Part shown: piece after piece, positions 29,310 through 40,138 of the stretch
Layout of the letters: every line of letters starts with the position of its first letter
How positions within the stretch are numbered: position 1 is the stretch's first letter
Virus record (IMG/VR): IMGVR_UViG_3300033141_001794
Source: an uncultured virus (IMG/VR IMGVR_UViG_3300033141_001794)
Lineage: Duplodnaviria; Heunggongvirae; Uroviricota; Caudoviricetes
DNA: 64,000 nt
Strand: one strand, 5' to 3'
The notes under the pieces: generated by a model
Databases searched by the model: none
Seen by the model: only the letters and a program-made list of their open reading frames with translations
Told to the model about the DNA's origin: nothing
Translations under genes and position numbers: made by a program

Positions 29310-31514
29310 ATGTCTACAAAACAGGTTAAAACACCAGCTGACAGAGGGCAGAGTGAAAGACCTAAGCTCTTCGCTCAGTCTGAATTTCTTGGAAATGTTA
29401 AGGGACTTCCCCTTTCCGAGATTGGTGATACTAATGTCTATCGCCATGTTAATTTTATAGGCTTTGGAAAGAGAAGCCAGGGCAGACCAGGTACCAGAAG
29501 AGTTTCAAAAGCGGTTATACCTGACGAAGGACCATTCATAGCTTCAGCACTTACCGATCTACTGACAATCAACGGTCCCACTGAAGGACACCACTTTCTT
29601 GATGGTGACAAAATCAAGGTTTCCACTACCGGAACGCTACCGGAGCCGCTCATTCCCGGTGTTACTTATTACGTTATTTATGTAAATGATGTTGATATCC
29701 AGCTCGCTACAACTTATCAAAATGCTATTGATGGCGTATTGATCGACATTACAACAGCAGGTATAGGAGCAACTCATTATATCAGGTATGCGGCTGATAT
29801 CGGAGCAGTACTGGACCACCATAAAGAGGAAAGGGTTGTAAAACTCTATGGCAGACGAGCATACGTAGCCCAGAGAAACCTTGAAAGTTATGAACAAGTA
29901 ATCAACATGGAATCGACTGTGCCGACAGGTATAGGTCGAATGATTGAAAACGATAGCAATGTCACACTCGCGGCAGGTCCGATATTCAGGATTGTGCTTG
30001 ATGGTGATTTTTATTATATGTACAGGCTGAATGCCTCTGTTCCTCAGATTATAATAACAGATATTAATGAAACAGCCGGAATACTCGAACATGGATATCG
30101 ATACTATTATTCCTGCGCGAGAATCGAAGGGACTGGAAATCGCAATAGAGTTACTGCAGATGCTTTGCTTGTGCTGGAAACCGGGACCTGTAAAGACGAG
30201 AACCAGGAGCAACAGTTTGGAGAGGTGTTTTTCGCCAATGCTATCGGTATTGATTTAACGCAGGACCATGTTATCGGGACCCTCACCCTTCCAATTGCCA
30301 ATCAAAGCATATCCCACTTTCCATTATATAGGACAAAGAACATAGGCACGAATACCGGAGGGGAAGGAAACAATAAAGCTTATTTCGTATATGCAGATGA
30401 TGTGCCGGTATGCAAGGCCTTTAATATTACTGTGATCGGGAATATTGCGACAATTGTAGCTGGCCAGAATGAATTTGTACAGGGAGATGTGGGCTGTACT
30501 CTCAGAACTGATGATGCAGGAACCAGGACCGGAGTAATCGATACTTACACGGATCCTAACAATGTTATTCTGGTTGGTGGTCATACGTTGCTTGCTGCAG
30601 AAGAAGTTGCAATAGGTGGTGGCAGGGTAATGACAGCATCACAGACAGGCGTATTGATTACCCGCACTGCTCATAATACATTTGTTGCAGCTGACGAGGG
30701 AAGGCCATACTACTGGGGGAATGGTGAGATAAGCGTAATAAGACGCTGGATAGATGCGAATAACGTAGAGGCAGCAACTCCTAATGCTATCGCAGCAATG
30801 GCAGGGACCATACAGTTAAACGCGGGAACCAGGGCTTTTTACCGGGAATGGAATGACACCATTCCTGACGATGGGGACGCAATTGGAGAAATAGGACTTC
30901 AGGAAAGAATTCTTTCACAACAGGATTTATACATACCTCTTTTTAACTATCGGCCTATCCCGTTATCTGACATTGTTATTACTTCTGACGGGTTTTCAAT
31001 ATTCGCTGTGCGTGATAACGTGGATTATTGGTATTCAAATATCGGTGCCAAGGATTACAGCGAAGGACAATACCGGATTGAGCAGCAATTTGGCAAGCTT
31101 ATAGATCCTGTCAGAGAGATAAAGGTAATGCCTGGAATGGCTATCTTCATAACTCCGACACGGACTTATAATCTTAATCTGAATGTTCCCATTAACAATG
31201 TCGGTGAAGAAAGCGTAGGGGAATACATACAGAAACTGACCGAGCCTGCAGAGGTTGATGGTGATATCGGAGTAATACACTGGCAGACCATCCGGAGGGT
31301 AAACGCTTCCTTATTTATAGCAGTTACGAGCGAGCCGGCAGTACGATTGTTTAACGGCCAGAGCTGGGGTGAAGTGAATCTTGCAATAGAGCAGAATGGT
31401 GATGAAGCCGTAATGGTGGATCTCAATAAAATGGATTCATATTATAACTTGATAGCATGGTTCTCTTATCTCGGAGGATATAAAATACGGGCTTCCAAGT
31501 GGGAGGAGGCGTAA
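29310..31514 (+). CDS. Tail nozzle / DNA-stabilisation protein, N-terminal part (P22 gp10-like)
   Basis: F.G...G......N...G...GRPG start; beta-rich; G.IG..H..TI near the end; inserted H.F.DGD...LP..L...YYV...LA..IDIT domain. Confidence 0.6.
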   Translation: MSTKQVKTPADRGQSERPKLFAQSEFLGNVKGLPLSEIGDTNVYRHVNFIGFGKRSQGRPGTRRVSKAVIPDEGPFIASALTDLLTINGPTEGHHFLDGDKIKVSTTGTLPEPLIPGVTYYVIYVNDVDIQLATTYQNAIDGVLIDITTAGIGATHYIRYAADIGAVLDHHKEERVVKLYGRRAYVAQRNLESYEQVINMESTVPTGIGRMIENDSNVTLAAGPIFRIVLDGDFYYMYRLNASVPQIIITDINETAGILEHGYRYYYSCARIEGTGNRNRVTADALLVLETGTCKDENQEQQFGEVFFANAIGIDLTQDHVIGTLTLPIANQSISHFPLYRTKNIGTNTGGEGNNKAYFVYADDVPVCKAFNITVIGNIATIVAGQNEFVQGDVGCTLRTDDAGTRTGVIDTYTDPNNVILVGGHTLLAAEEVAIGGGRVMTASQTGVLITRTAHNTFVAADEGRPYYWGNGEISVIRRWIDANNVEAATPNAIAAMAGTIQLNAGTRAFYREWNDTIPDDGDAIGEIGLQERILSQQDLYIPLFNYRPIPLSDIVITSDGFSIFAVRDNVDYWYSNIGAKDYSEGQYRIEQQFGKLIDPVREIKVMPGMAIFITPTRTYNLNLNVPINNVGEESVGEYIQKLTEPAEVDGDIGVIHWQTIRRVNASLFIAVTSEPAVRLFNGQSWGEVNLAIEQNGDEAVMVDLNKMDSYYNLIAWFSYLGGYKIRASKWEEA

Positions 31515-32599
31515 TGCCGAGTTTTACAGTAGGACCAGTAGCGGGTGATTATGCGGATTGGGCGGCAGTAATTACTTATTTGGCTACAGTTGATCCCCTT
31601 GCCGATGATTACTACTTTACCCAGACTGAAGACTGTGCGGTAAATAATAACTGGCCTAATCAAGCTGTGGCTGGAAACAGGGTTGATTTTAATGGTCACA
31701 CGGTACATTTTTTAACTGCAAATTCTCCGAATGGCGATCCTACCACTGGTCTTATTACTTATTTGACAGGTGCAAATGGTATGGTTGATATACTTGTAGA
31801 AAACGCTACTGTGAACGATCATTTTCTAATGGATGGTTTGTACTTCAGACAAACCGCAGTCAATAATGTCCAGTTGGTAAGGGTTTCTACTTGGGATGGT
31901 GCTGCCGGAATAACAATGGATATTAGAGATGTTCTGGTTAGAGGATTTGTTGTAGGTGTTGCTATCGGACTATCATTAGGAAGCAGAGCTTCTTATCTTA
32001 ATTGCAGCAATTGTAATGTGTGGAGAGTACATGAGGCCTTTTATTTCTTTGATAATTTTGGTGGTATTCTTGTATACCCTGGCAGGAAAGTTGTTGAAGA
32101 ATGTACAGCATCACAACACAGTCAGCGAGGATTTAGATTTGGTGCTTTTGGCTCAGAAGAAATGATCGTTAGAAACATTGTTGCCATGGATGGAGCCGGG
32201 GGTGGTGGGGGAAATTTTGACATTGAAGGCAATGTAATGGGAATAAACTGTAATCTGTTTAATTGTGCAGATTCAGACGGAACAGCGCTGGGAACAGACA
32301 TTGTTCACAATATAGTAAAAGCAAATGAATTTGAGAGCCTACTTGATACCAATGCTGATTTTATGAATCTGAAGAAGGGGAGCGTTGCAGCTGATTTTAG
32401 CAGGGAACCTGCTGGGAATGTAAGTGTTAATCAGAGTATAAAATTTACTCCTACTGTTGTCTTAACACCGGGAGCAGCGACTTTGGCTGATACTGGAATG
32501 GCACCTACTATTCAGAGTGTAGATATTAAAGGACTTCCGATTCCTGACAAGAACGGTGATTATCCAATTGGAGCTCACGTAACGGAGTATGAAACTTAA
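31514..32599 (+). CDS. Beta-helix (pectin-lyase-like) tail protein
   Basis: TVGP..GDY..W..A N-terminus; C-terminal DF.L..GS...D.G...D..G......IGA. Confidence 0.6.
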   Translation: MPSFTVGPVAGDYADWAAVITYLATVDPLADDYYFTQTEDCAVNNNWPNQAVAGNRVDFNGHTVHFLTANSPNGDPTTGLITYLTGANGMVDILVENATVNDHFLMDGLYFRQTAVNNVQLVRVSTWDGAAGITMDIRDVLVRGFVVGVAIGLSLGSRASYLNCSNCNVWRVHEAFYFFDNFGGILVYPGRKVVEECTASQHSQRGFRFGAFGSEEMIVRNIVAMDGAGGGGGNFDIEGNVMGINCNLFNCADSDGTALGTDIVHNIVKANEFESLLDTNADFMNLKKGSVAADFSREPAGNVSVNQSIKFTPTVVLTPGAATLADTGMAPTIQSVDIKGLPIPDKNGDYPIGAHVTEYET

Positions 32600-34146
32600 T
32601 GGCCTTTTTAGTAACGACATACCTGTGGGATTTTGGAGATGGCTACACCTCTATTGAGGAAGTGCCTGACCACGAGTATTTCAGAGCAGGGATTTATATT
32701 GTTACGCTTATAGTATGGACTGATGTGGGGAGCGTCAGCGTTGCTCATACCGTTACTGTACTCGAACCTTCTACCAGGAATATTGAAGAGTTTTGCATGA
32801 GATACGCGGTCGAGCCTGCACAAGGGAGAGGCTGGTCTGAATGTTCCGGTGAAGACTGGGTAAGCCCGAAAGATGATTATGGAATTCTTCTTATGATCGA
32901 TGATAACGATACTCCGAGAATGCTCATTGAAGATCAGAACGATGATTTCAGCTGGGAAGATGCTACATTTGACAGAGTTGAATTCCAGAAGTCTTCATTT
33001 GTAGATAAGTATTATGAGGAGGATTTGAGGAATGCTGACTGGAGATGGATACTTTCAGGGCTTGGCACGAATGAATATTACCTTGATAAGCCCGATGGAG
33101 GGGATCCTTACATTGAGCGCCCCAAAGAAATGACAATAGGAGGCCTGCCCTCTCCAGAAGGAACTGTTATTACATTACAGCCAGGGTTCTGGGGCTGGGG
33201 CGATAGTGATCTACTGGGATATAACACTATTTATGTGAGACTTCCTGATAATACTGACCCAGATACAAAGGGCGGGGATTATGTACATGGGTTTTTCTGG
33301 ACTGAGATACTGTGTGAAGAGTGGGAGAAAGAACTGGTTGCAGATCCGAATAAGCAGGAGGATGAGCTTGAACTCGTGGAGCATCATTATTTTACAAGGC
33401 CACAGGATCCCGAGAATAAAGGGAATTCTAACTATGACGATAACGGATACCGGGAAGCACAGCAGTTTGATCTGGAAGTATACATTGATGGTACTCTGAC
33501 CAGCCCTTTTGCAACAGTGGAGGAAATCCCAGTTAATGGTGATATAACCTTTTCCGGAAAAAAGATAGAGTGTCGGCGAGCGCTCCATGTATTTAAGACC
33601 GCTGCTTCTGAGGTCCAGGTAGCAGGCCTGAATCATTACGGAATAGCAAAGCCAAGGCAGGGAACCAGGGATGAAAGAAGCAGTAGAGACACGGCTGTTG
33701 AACTTGCACTGGCTGCACCATTTTACTGGATAAGCAGAAATGCTGTGAAGCCTTTATTGGAAAGAGTTGGTGGATCCAGTTTAACCGGAGATGTGACAGC
33801 GGTTGCCGGTCCTGATGGTTTCAGTTCAAGCGCATTGCAGATTAACGCAAACCTGACACTGGGTAACGGAGCGTTAGGGGCTGAATATACTGTTGTCTAT
33901 TTTGGCCTTGTGGCTTCTCTTCCGAATATCGGAGCCATTCCTGCAGCAACAGCATTTGGAGATGCTTTTAACGGATGGCGAGTGTACTTTGTGAATAACA
34001 TTAATTTACCCGCCGCACTGGTGATAACACCGGGAACGCTATTTGATTTAAGAATATATCAAGGAGATTTAACGGAATATCTTACGGACCTGTACAATGA
34101 TGTGAGATACAATAATGAACCGAAACAACTACTGCCGAGTTACTAA
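32599..34146 (+). CDS. Tail protein with N-terminal half-PKD domain; probable C-terminal part of the nozzle
   Basis: YLWDFGDG.TS....P.H.Y...G.Y.VTL.V; then CMRYAV...GWSE. Confidence 0.65.
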   Translation: MAFLVTTYLWDFGDGYTSIEEVPDHEYFRAGIYIVTLIVWTDVGSVSVAHTVTVLEPSTRNIEEFCMRYAVEPAQGRGWSECSGEDWVSPKDDYGILLMIDDNDTPRMLIEDQNDDFSWEDATFDRVEFQKSSFVDKYYEEDLRNADWRWILSGLGTNEYYLDKPDGGDPYIERPKEMTIGGLPSPEGTVITLQPGFWGWGDSDLLGYNTIYVRLPDNTDPDTKGGDYVHGFFWTEILCEEWEKELVADPNKQEDELELVEHHYFTRPQDPENKGNSNYDDNGYREAQQFDLEVYIDGTLTSPFATVEEIPVNGDITFSGKKIECRRALHVFKTAASEVQVAGLNHYGIAKPRQGTRDERSSRDTAVELALAAPFYWISRNAVKPLLERVGGSSLTGDVTAVAGPDGFSSSALQINANLTLGNGALGAEYTVVYFGLVASLPNIGAIPAATAFGDAFNGWRVYFVNNINLPAALVITPGTLFDLRIYQGDLTEYLTDLYNDVRYNNEPKQLLPSY

Positions 34147-34364
34147 TGCCAGGACGCAGATCAAGCTATAAGCCGTTAAACCCGACAGGGAAGAACTTTG
34201 AGAAAACGACACAGGACAATGTTGATAGGATTTTTCAGATTTTAAATAGATTGGAATACAGACAAGATCAGTTAGAGAATCAATATAACAACCTATTAAT
34301 AATCATAGGTACTTTATCTGATGAAGCAAGGGTGATGGCCTTAATGATGATGGATGATGATTAA
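34146..34364 (+). CDS. Small coiled-coil virion protein
   Basis: TAATG-coupled chain of tail genes. Confidence 0.55.
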   Translation: MPGRRSSYKPLNPTGKNFEKTTQDNVDRIFQILNRLEYRQDQLENQYNNLLIIIGTLSDEARVMALMMMDDD

Positions 34365-34699
34365 TGAGCATAAGCGAACATATATACAATGGCGAACTAC
34401 CGAATGTACTGACTACTCTTTACAAGGTCCCGGCCGGTCCTGCGAGAATAAGTATACGATATATTACACTGGTCAACAGGAGCCCTGCTTCTTATTTAAG
34501 ATGGTGGTTATATCTGGTCCCTTCCGGTGGAACTGCTGATAACAGCAATATTCTTATACCGGGAACAGATCAATACAGAGCAAAGCCTGGAATGGGGCTG
34601 GATTACAATACGTGGAAAGTGCTTCATCCTGCTTATACAATACAGGGTAGGTGTGATGGATCCGGAACAATATTCATTGATGGCGCGAGGGAAGCATAA
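34364..34699 (+). CDS. Small beta-rich tail protein
   Basis: TTLYKVPAG...I..ITLVN...YLVPSGGTA..SN.LI. Confidence 0.6.
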   Translation: MSISEHIYNGELPNVLTTLYKVPAGPARISIRYITLVNRSPASYLRWWLYLVPSGGTADNSNILIPGTDQYRAKPGMGLDYNTWKVLHPAYTIQGRCDGSGTIFIDGAREA

Positions 34700-34896
34700 T
34701 GAGTTTAGTGCATATTCCTGTAGACGAAGATGATGTAACTGTTGTTTCTCCAGGTGGTACAGCCCAAAGCTGGGTATATGCGCCTGCTCTTGAAGACTAT
34801 TTAAAAGAAATATTGAACGAATTAAAAATAATGAACATACATAATGCAAAGATAACTGAAGAACAAATTAACGAGGAGGACATAGATGAGGATTAA
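34699..34896 (+). CDS. Small virion protein
   Basis: LKEIL.ELK..N.H...IT.E motif; coupled. Confidence 0.55.
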   Translation: MSLVHIPVDEDDVTVVSPGGTAQSWVYAPALEDYLKEILNELKIMNIHNAKITEEQINEEDIDED

Positions 34897-35464
34897 AAGC
34901 GGTATGGGTGATGGGTTTGAAGCTGGAGTAAATTTAGAAAACCGATTGATGACTTCAGGTATAGCTGCTTCAGTCGAACATCATGTCAATCACCATGACA
35001 AAGAAGCGTATAATGTTTTGTTTGCAGTTAATCCGGATGGTGCCGGGGATTGTTTCTTTTACCTCTTGAACGATAGTAATAAGAATATGGATATTACTCT
35101 TGAAGGGCTGTGGATTCAAACCAGTGCTGCGGAGGAAATTTATACGATGATTGCTCAAGCTGGCCCCGCTGTTCTGACAAACGGTATCGCACTTGCCCCG
35201 CAGAATTTAAACGCTGGAAGCGGGAATGTTGCCGATGTTACCTGTTATGGAGAACTGGCTGATGGTGGCGTTGATATTACTGGTTTAATCGGTGGCAGAG
35301 AAGTGCAACGACTTTGGCTTACAAATGCAGTAACGGAGCTTTTTAACTTTGAGCAGGATATTATTATTCCTCCTAATCAGAGTTTCAGCATGTATTGTGT
35401 TGGTGGTGACACGCTTTTACGTGGAACCCTTGTTTTTAATTTTCATAATGAAGTGTTAGGATAA
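34886..35464 (+). CDS. Tail/virion protein
   Basis: I.SG.G.G..A.V...NRL start, P.NLNAGSGN.A, IIIPPN. Confidence 0.6.
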   Translation: MRIKSGMGDGFEAGVNLENRLMTSGIAASVEHHVNHHDKEAYNVLFAVNPDGAGDCFFYLLNDSNKNMDITLEGLWIQTSAAEEIYTMIAQAGPAVLTNGIALAPQNLNAGSGNVADVTCYGELADGGVDITGLIGGREVQRLWLTNAVTELFNFEQDIIIPPNQSFSMYCVGGDTLLRGTLVFNFHNEVLG

Positions 35465-35467
35465 AAA

Positions 35468-36583
35468 TTGATAACAACCCGCATAGGCAATCCTGGCAAT
35501 GGATTAGAAGCCAGCATTATAAAGCCGAGCCATGAAAAGACCGGTTTTAACGTGCTGACTCGTCCTGCCAAGGTGTATGAAAATCAGGTTAAGTTTTTCG
35601 TTAATGGTGATAATGGCGCGGACATGGCTATCGATGCCGATGTTCTTGTGGTGAGCGAATGGATACATGATGGTATTGACAATCCTTATTGGGTTGCAGC
35701 AGCTTTAAGTGGTGTTTGGGTGTTTAATAGTGCGCTTGAAAACCATACACCGGCAGGAGCGCTGTGCATAAGTGCGATAGATACTGTAAGTGGAGATACT
35801 GCCCAGATTGTAAGGGGAGCCGGACTTCTCGCGCTTGCCGATCCAATAACTTCCCTTGGGGTGTGGGTGTGGATAGTTTCCTGGAGTTCCGCTTCAGGCT
35901 TGAAGCAGATTCTTTTTCGGGGCTGGGATACCGGTGCTGCAGTACAGGTTGGGACCGATGTTAATCTGGCTGACTATATTGACACGACAGTTACTGGAGC
36001 GTGGCAGCATGCAATTGTTCCATTGGTTGACATGAACCTTCAGGAATTAAGCATTGATGCTGTTCATATTCAAACTGTTACTTTAAGCGGCCCTGTGCCT
36101 GATTATTACATTGATGATGTTCAGGTGTTAGAGGGCAGTCCTATTGAATACACTATTGAGCCTGATGCGGATACTTGGCTTCATGTTGATGGAATAAATG
36201 TCACATTAGTAGATGCTTATACCGGAATCGTAGCAGATGGAACAATGCCAGACATCCCCTATAACGCTTTTCTCGGTGTTGCCGCTGTTGACAATGGTAT
36301 TCTTTACCAGCGTTTTAATAATGGTGAAGTGGACTTTTCAACGACAATAAGACAGTTGTTTGATTATATAAGACTTCCAGGTTTTGAATTAGTTGGATCC
36401 GGAAGTGATGGTACGAATACCTGGGTAAAGTTGCGGGTAAAGGTAACAGAACCCTTGATATTGAGAGCTGAAAATAACGACATATTAAAAATAAGCCTTT
36501 CTGATGATTTTAGCGGACTGTTAGAGTTACAAATGTCAGCCGGTTGTCGGAAAGAAACAAGACAAGGAGATTTGTATGAATAA
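35468..36583 (+). CDS. Tail/virion protein with CBM-like jelly-roll insert
   Basis: GAWQHAIVPL.DM...I.A..I....YYIDDVQV. Confidence 0.55.
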   Translation: MITTRIGNPGNGLEASIIKPSHEKTGFNVLTRPAKVYENQVKFFVNGDNGADMAIDADVLVVSEWIHDGIDNPYWVAAALSGVWVFNSALENHTPAGALCISAIDTVSGDTAQIVRGAGLLALADPITSLGVWVWIVSWSSASGLKQILFRGWDTGAAVQVGTDVNLADYIDTTVTGAWQHAIVPLVDMNLQELSIDAVHIQTVTLSGPVPDYYIDDVQVLEGSPIEYTIEPDADTWLHVDGINVTLVDAYTGIVADGTMPDIPYNAFLGVAAVDNGILYQRFNNGEVDFSTTIRQLFDYIRLPGFELVGSGSDGTNTWVKLRVKVTEPLILRAENNDILKISLSDDFSGLLELQMSAGCRKETRQGDLYE

Positions 36584-37013
36584 CGTCCAGAGATTACAGC
36601 AACCACCTTATATGCACAACACAAGCCAGAAAGGGCCCGATATAGCCCAAACCGGTGATGATACTCCGGGAGATTCACAGAAGAGTATCCAGAGATTTGA
36701 GAGGGAAATAAGGCTTGTGCATGACGGAACCTGGCATCTTCACGAACATATTTATGAAGACCGCACTTATTCTGAAATAATACCAGGTGGCTGGTACGAT
36801 CCTCTATTCCGCGTAAGAGCTTTTAAGTTAATCCATGGCACAACTAACCTTTTTGCGGTTTTTGTTTATGATACTCCGTGGAGTAGAGGTGTTGTAAGTC
36901 CGTGGGCTTGCGGTATTCCAATACCAGGCCAAATAACGAGAATTTGGACAGGAGATGCGAATAATACTCAGGGGAGTTTGTTAGAACCGTTTATGATTTC
37001 TTTACTGGGATAG
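36576..37013 (+). CDS. Hypothetical virion protein
   Basis: AAGGAG SD; located in the structural operon. Confidence 0.55.
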   Translation: MNNVQRLQQPPYMHNTSQKGPDIAQTGDDTPGDSQKSIQRFEREIRLVHDGTWHLHEHIYEDRTYSEIIPGGWYDPLFRVRAFKLIHGTTNLFAVFVYDTPWSRGVVSPWACGIPIPGQITRIWTGDANNTQGSLLEPFMISLLG

Positions 37014-37022
37014 GGAGACATT

Positions 37023-39740
37023 ATGCCAAACGAATGGTGGAAAAGTCCGGAATTGGCTTCTATTTATAATCCTGTGGGAGAGGTCGCGGCACAAGAACAG
37101 CCAATGCCTGCCCAAACAATGCCTATGCCTTCAAAGGATGGTTATACGGGAGCCGGTGCTGATGGTGTGACTCAACCAGCTATGCGAGTACCAGAAGCTG
37201 GAAACGGGAACTATGACGCTCATGAGGGCGAATTTGTTCTTAATGCCAATGCAACCCAGCATATCGGTGCCGATGTGTTGACCGAAATGCAGAAAAATGC
37301 TGAATCAGGCAATCTTGATTTGAACAAAATACGTTCAGCACTTAATTTGGATCCGAAGCAGGGCTATCAATCTGGTGGGCTAACTATGCCCGTACAGCCG
37401 AATGGAGGGGGAGGACGTACAGGGACAGCTGCGCCTGCGAGACAGCCAAATGCTAAACAACCAGACAGACAAGCAACAAGCCCGACTCCAGGAGGACCTG
37501 ACTGGCTTCACATTCTTAAGAAGAATCCCAGTATAGGTGGTCCCGATCAACAGAACCTTGATCCTATTAATCCCGATACAATAATTGATCCAAATGTAGG
37601 ACCGGATGAGCAGGGCTTACCTAACATCAACAAAGATTTACCGATAGTTAATCCTGATACCATTGGACCACAGGAAAAGACAATACCTGACATTATACCT
37701 GATAACATAGGACCCGATGAACAAATACCGGATGATTTGGGCTTTATTAAGAAAGACTCACAAGGGATTGATGGCGGGAAAATAAAACCTCTTCCGAAAC
37801 CTCCTCCTGATTTAACTGAAGAACAGAAACAGGACTGGATCCCGAAACCTCCGGACCCTGACACCGTTCCTACTGATGAAGAGATTACTTCTGATGATAT
37901 CATGGACTACTTGAATGGTATTATGGATGGTTCTCACCCTTACTTCCAGACAATTAAAGACTTGGTTGCACAGGATCTCGGTGGAGCAGGAGCAGCGACT
38001 ACCGCAGCACTGAAACAACAGGGAGCAATGGCCGGAATGTCTGCAGACCAGATAGCCTCAATGGGTATGACCCGGGCGAGGGATATCGAAAGTACTACTT
38101 CACAGGCACTTGGAAAGCTTGCAGCCGGACAGATGGAAATGGGTATGCAGGCCGCGAAGGACCTTTGGGGTATGAACATGGAACAGCAACAGTTTGACTT
38201 TGCGAAAGAAAAGTATGGAGATCAAGAGGGAATGTTAATTGCTCAAATGATAGGAGCCGGCGCAAGCTACGACATGATTAAGAAGAAATTCCCTGACATT
38301 ACCCTTGATGACTATAATTCCATGAAGAACTTTTCAAACATGGGCTGGCAACAGGAAATGTTCAAGGAACAAATGGATTGGGCCAAAGAGAAATGGGGAG
38401 ATGAACAGGGCATGCAGATAGGCAACCTTGTTAATCAGGGTTGGAGCCTTAAGCAGTTGCAGGACAAATTTCCTGATCTTGACATTACCCAGGCCGACTA
38501 TGACTCTATGGTTGAAAAGAGCCCCATGGGATTCCAGAAAGACCAGTGGGAGTACAACAAGAAAGTGGATGCTTTTAATCAGCTTCTCGCGCAAGGTGGA
38601 GCTGATAACCTTAACGCTGCCTCTGATTTGTATAATGAAATGTTCGGTACAGATATCGACTTTAGTAATGCGCTTACTGAGGAAAACCTGGAGAAATTCA
38701 ACACATCTTATGATTACATGAACCAGGCTATTGCAAGTGGAAAGAGTTTTGAGGATTGGATGGCTACTGCTAAAGCGGATGGGACATTTGACAATCTTAA
38801 CATGACCGAAACCGATATCAAGTCAATGTATCAGAGCATGCAGTTACAGAGCAATCCAGTATGGCAGGCTTCCGAGCAATTAAAGCTGATGGTTGAAAAA
38901 GGCCTTATCAGTGAAGATTATTACGAAGAAACCATGGCTATACTTATGAAGGGGATCCAGGGAGGAATAACCGTAAGCGATGCGTATCAGGTGCTTGATA
39001 AAAACGGTGATGAGGTAGGCAACTTCAAGACACAGCAAGAAGCTGATGATTTTATAGCTGACCATCCTGAATATGAGGGGGCTAAGGTGAATGTTCTTGA
39101 AAACAGCTGGTTTGATTTTGGTGGTGATTCCGGTCCAGATCCTGACCCTGACGATCCTGACGTTATTTCTGATACTGACTGGGATAAGATGGATGATACT
39201 AAGAAGAATGAGCATTTCTTAGAGAACATTCCGGCTCAATTTTTAGAAGAGTGGGATACGAAAGAGGGTTATACCAAGTGGGTTAATGCGGGAATGCCCC
39301 AAAATTGGGACGCATACCAAAAATATCTTGATGACAACACAGGAGATTTTACCAAAACGCAGCAGGACAAATACGGTAAAGATGGTTGGGGAGAGACTCT
39401 TCCTGACACTAATATCCAGAAAGACAAAATAGAATCAGCCAGAGAAAAGTTTATTGCTGGTGGCGAAGGCATAGTATCTATGGGGAAAGATGACTGGAAA
39501 GATTTTAGGTGGGATAGTTTTGTAACAGATTCACAATTTAAAAGTGGGAATGTTATTTCAATTGAAGGCCAGAATCCTATGGTAATTGTGTCAGACCTGA
39601 CTCAAATGGGACCAGAGGCTAATTTTATTGTAGCCTACGATCTTGTAACGGGCGAGAAAATACTTATTGGCAGAGATTCTGGTGGCGGGATAAAAACAGG
39701 TGGTCAACCAAGTGACTATTACGATCCCGATGAGGGCTAA
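37023..39740 (+). CDS. Internal virion / DNA ejection protein
   Basis: 905 aa; HEGEFVLNANAT motif, P/D-rich repeats, A/G/Q/M-rich helical region. Confidence 0.6.
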   Translation: MPNEWWKSPELASIYNPVGEVAAQEQPMPAQTMPMPSKDGYTGAGADGVTQPAMRVPEAGNGNYDAHEGEFVLNANATQHIGADVLTEMQKNAESGNLDLNKIRSALNLDPKQGYQSGGLTMPVQPNGGGGRTGTAAPARQPNAKQPDRQATSPTPGGPDWLHILKKNPSIGGPDQQNLDPINPDTIIDPNVGPDEQGLPNINKDLPIVNPDTIGPQEKTIPDIIPDNIGPDEQIPDDLGFIKKDSQGIDGGKIKPLPKPPPDLTEEQKQDWIPKPPDPDTVPTDEEITSDDIMDYLNGIMDGSHPYFQTIKDLVAQDLGGAGAATTAALKQQGAMAGMSADQIASMGMTRARDIESTTSQALGKLAAGQMEMGMQAAKDLWGMNMEQQQFDFAKEKYGDQEGMLIAQMIGAGASYDMIKKKFPDITLDDYNSMKNFSNMGWQQEMFKEQMDWAKEKWGDEQGMQIGNLVNQGWSLKQLQDKFPDLDITQADYDSMVEKSPMGFQKDQWEYNKKVDAFNQLLAQGGADNLNAASDLYNEMFGTDIDFSNALTEENLEKFNTSYDYMNQAIASGKSFEDWMATAKADGTFDNLNMTETDIKSMYQSMQLQSNPVWQASEQLKLMVEKGLISEDYYEETMAILMKGIQGGITVSDAYQVLDKNGDEVGNFKTQQEADDFIADHPEYEGAKVNVLENSWFDFGGDSGPDPDPDDPDVISDTDWDKMDDTKKNEHFLENIPAQFLEEWDTKEGYTKWVNAGMPQNWDAYQKYLDDNTGDFTKTQQDKYGKDGWGETLPDTNIQKDKIESAREKFIAGGEGIVSMGKDDWKDFRWDSFVTDSQFKSGNVISIEGQNPMVIVSDLTQMGPEANFIVAYDLVTGEKILIGRDSGGGIKTGGQPSDYYDPDEG

Positions 39741-39760
39741 CACAAATAAAGGAAGAAATT

Positions 39761-40138
39761 ATGGCAGTAATAACTGCGGCAGTAGCTACTATAATTGGTT
39801 CTATCCTTGCAGCTGGTACAGCAATTACCGGAGCAGCAATAGATTCCAAGAATGTAGATGAAGCCAATCGAATCGGTTTGCAGACGTATAACCAGGAGAG
39901 AGCCGACAAGCTTAAGAACGAAGAATACCAGAAGTCTATTAATCGGTGGGAAATGCGTCAGCGTGGAAAAGAATTTAAGCAGGGCATTGTAGAGTTTAAG
40001 CAGGGTGTGAAGGAGCGAAAAGCAGCTAAAGAGTTCGGACAGGGACAAACTGCTATGCAGAATACTCTTGGCCTTGTTAATCAAAATGCCCAACTGCGTG
40101 ATCTTTTTCTTAAAACTTCCATGAGGAGGGCCGCATAA
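39761..40138 (+). CDS. Internal virion protein (small ejection/pilot protein)
   Basis: Hydrophobic A/G/I-rich N-terminus plus basic coiled coil, typical of podoviral pilot proteins. Confidence 0.55.
   Translation: MAVITAAVATIIGSILAAGTAITGAAIDSKNVDEANRIGLQTYNQERADKLKNEEYQKSINRWEMRQRGKEFKQGIVEFKQGVKERKAAKEFGQGQTAMQNTLGLVNQNAQLRDLFLKTSMRRAA

Noticed and set aside
37023..39740. Tape-measure protein call based on the GEFV motif
   Set aside because: No tail tube or tail assembly chaperone genes are evident; the portal/adaptor/nozzle layout indicates a short-tailed virion, so an ejection protein is more likely
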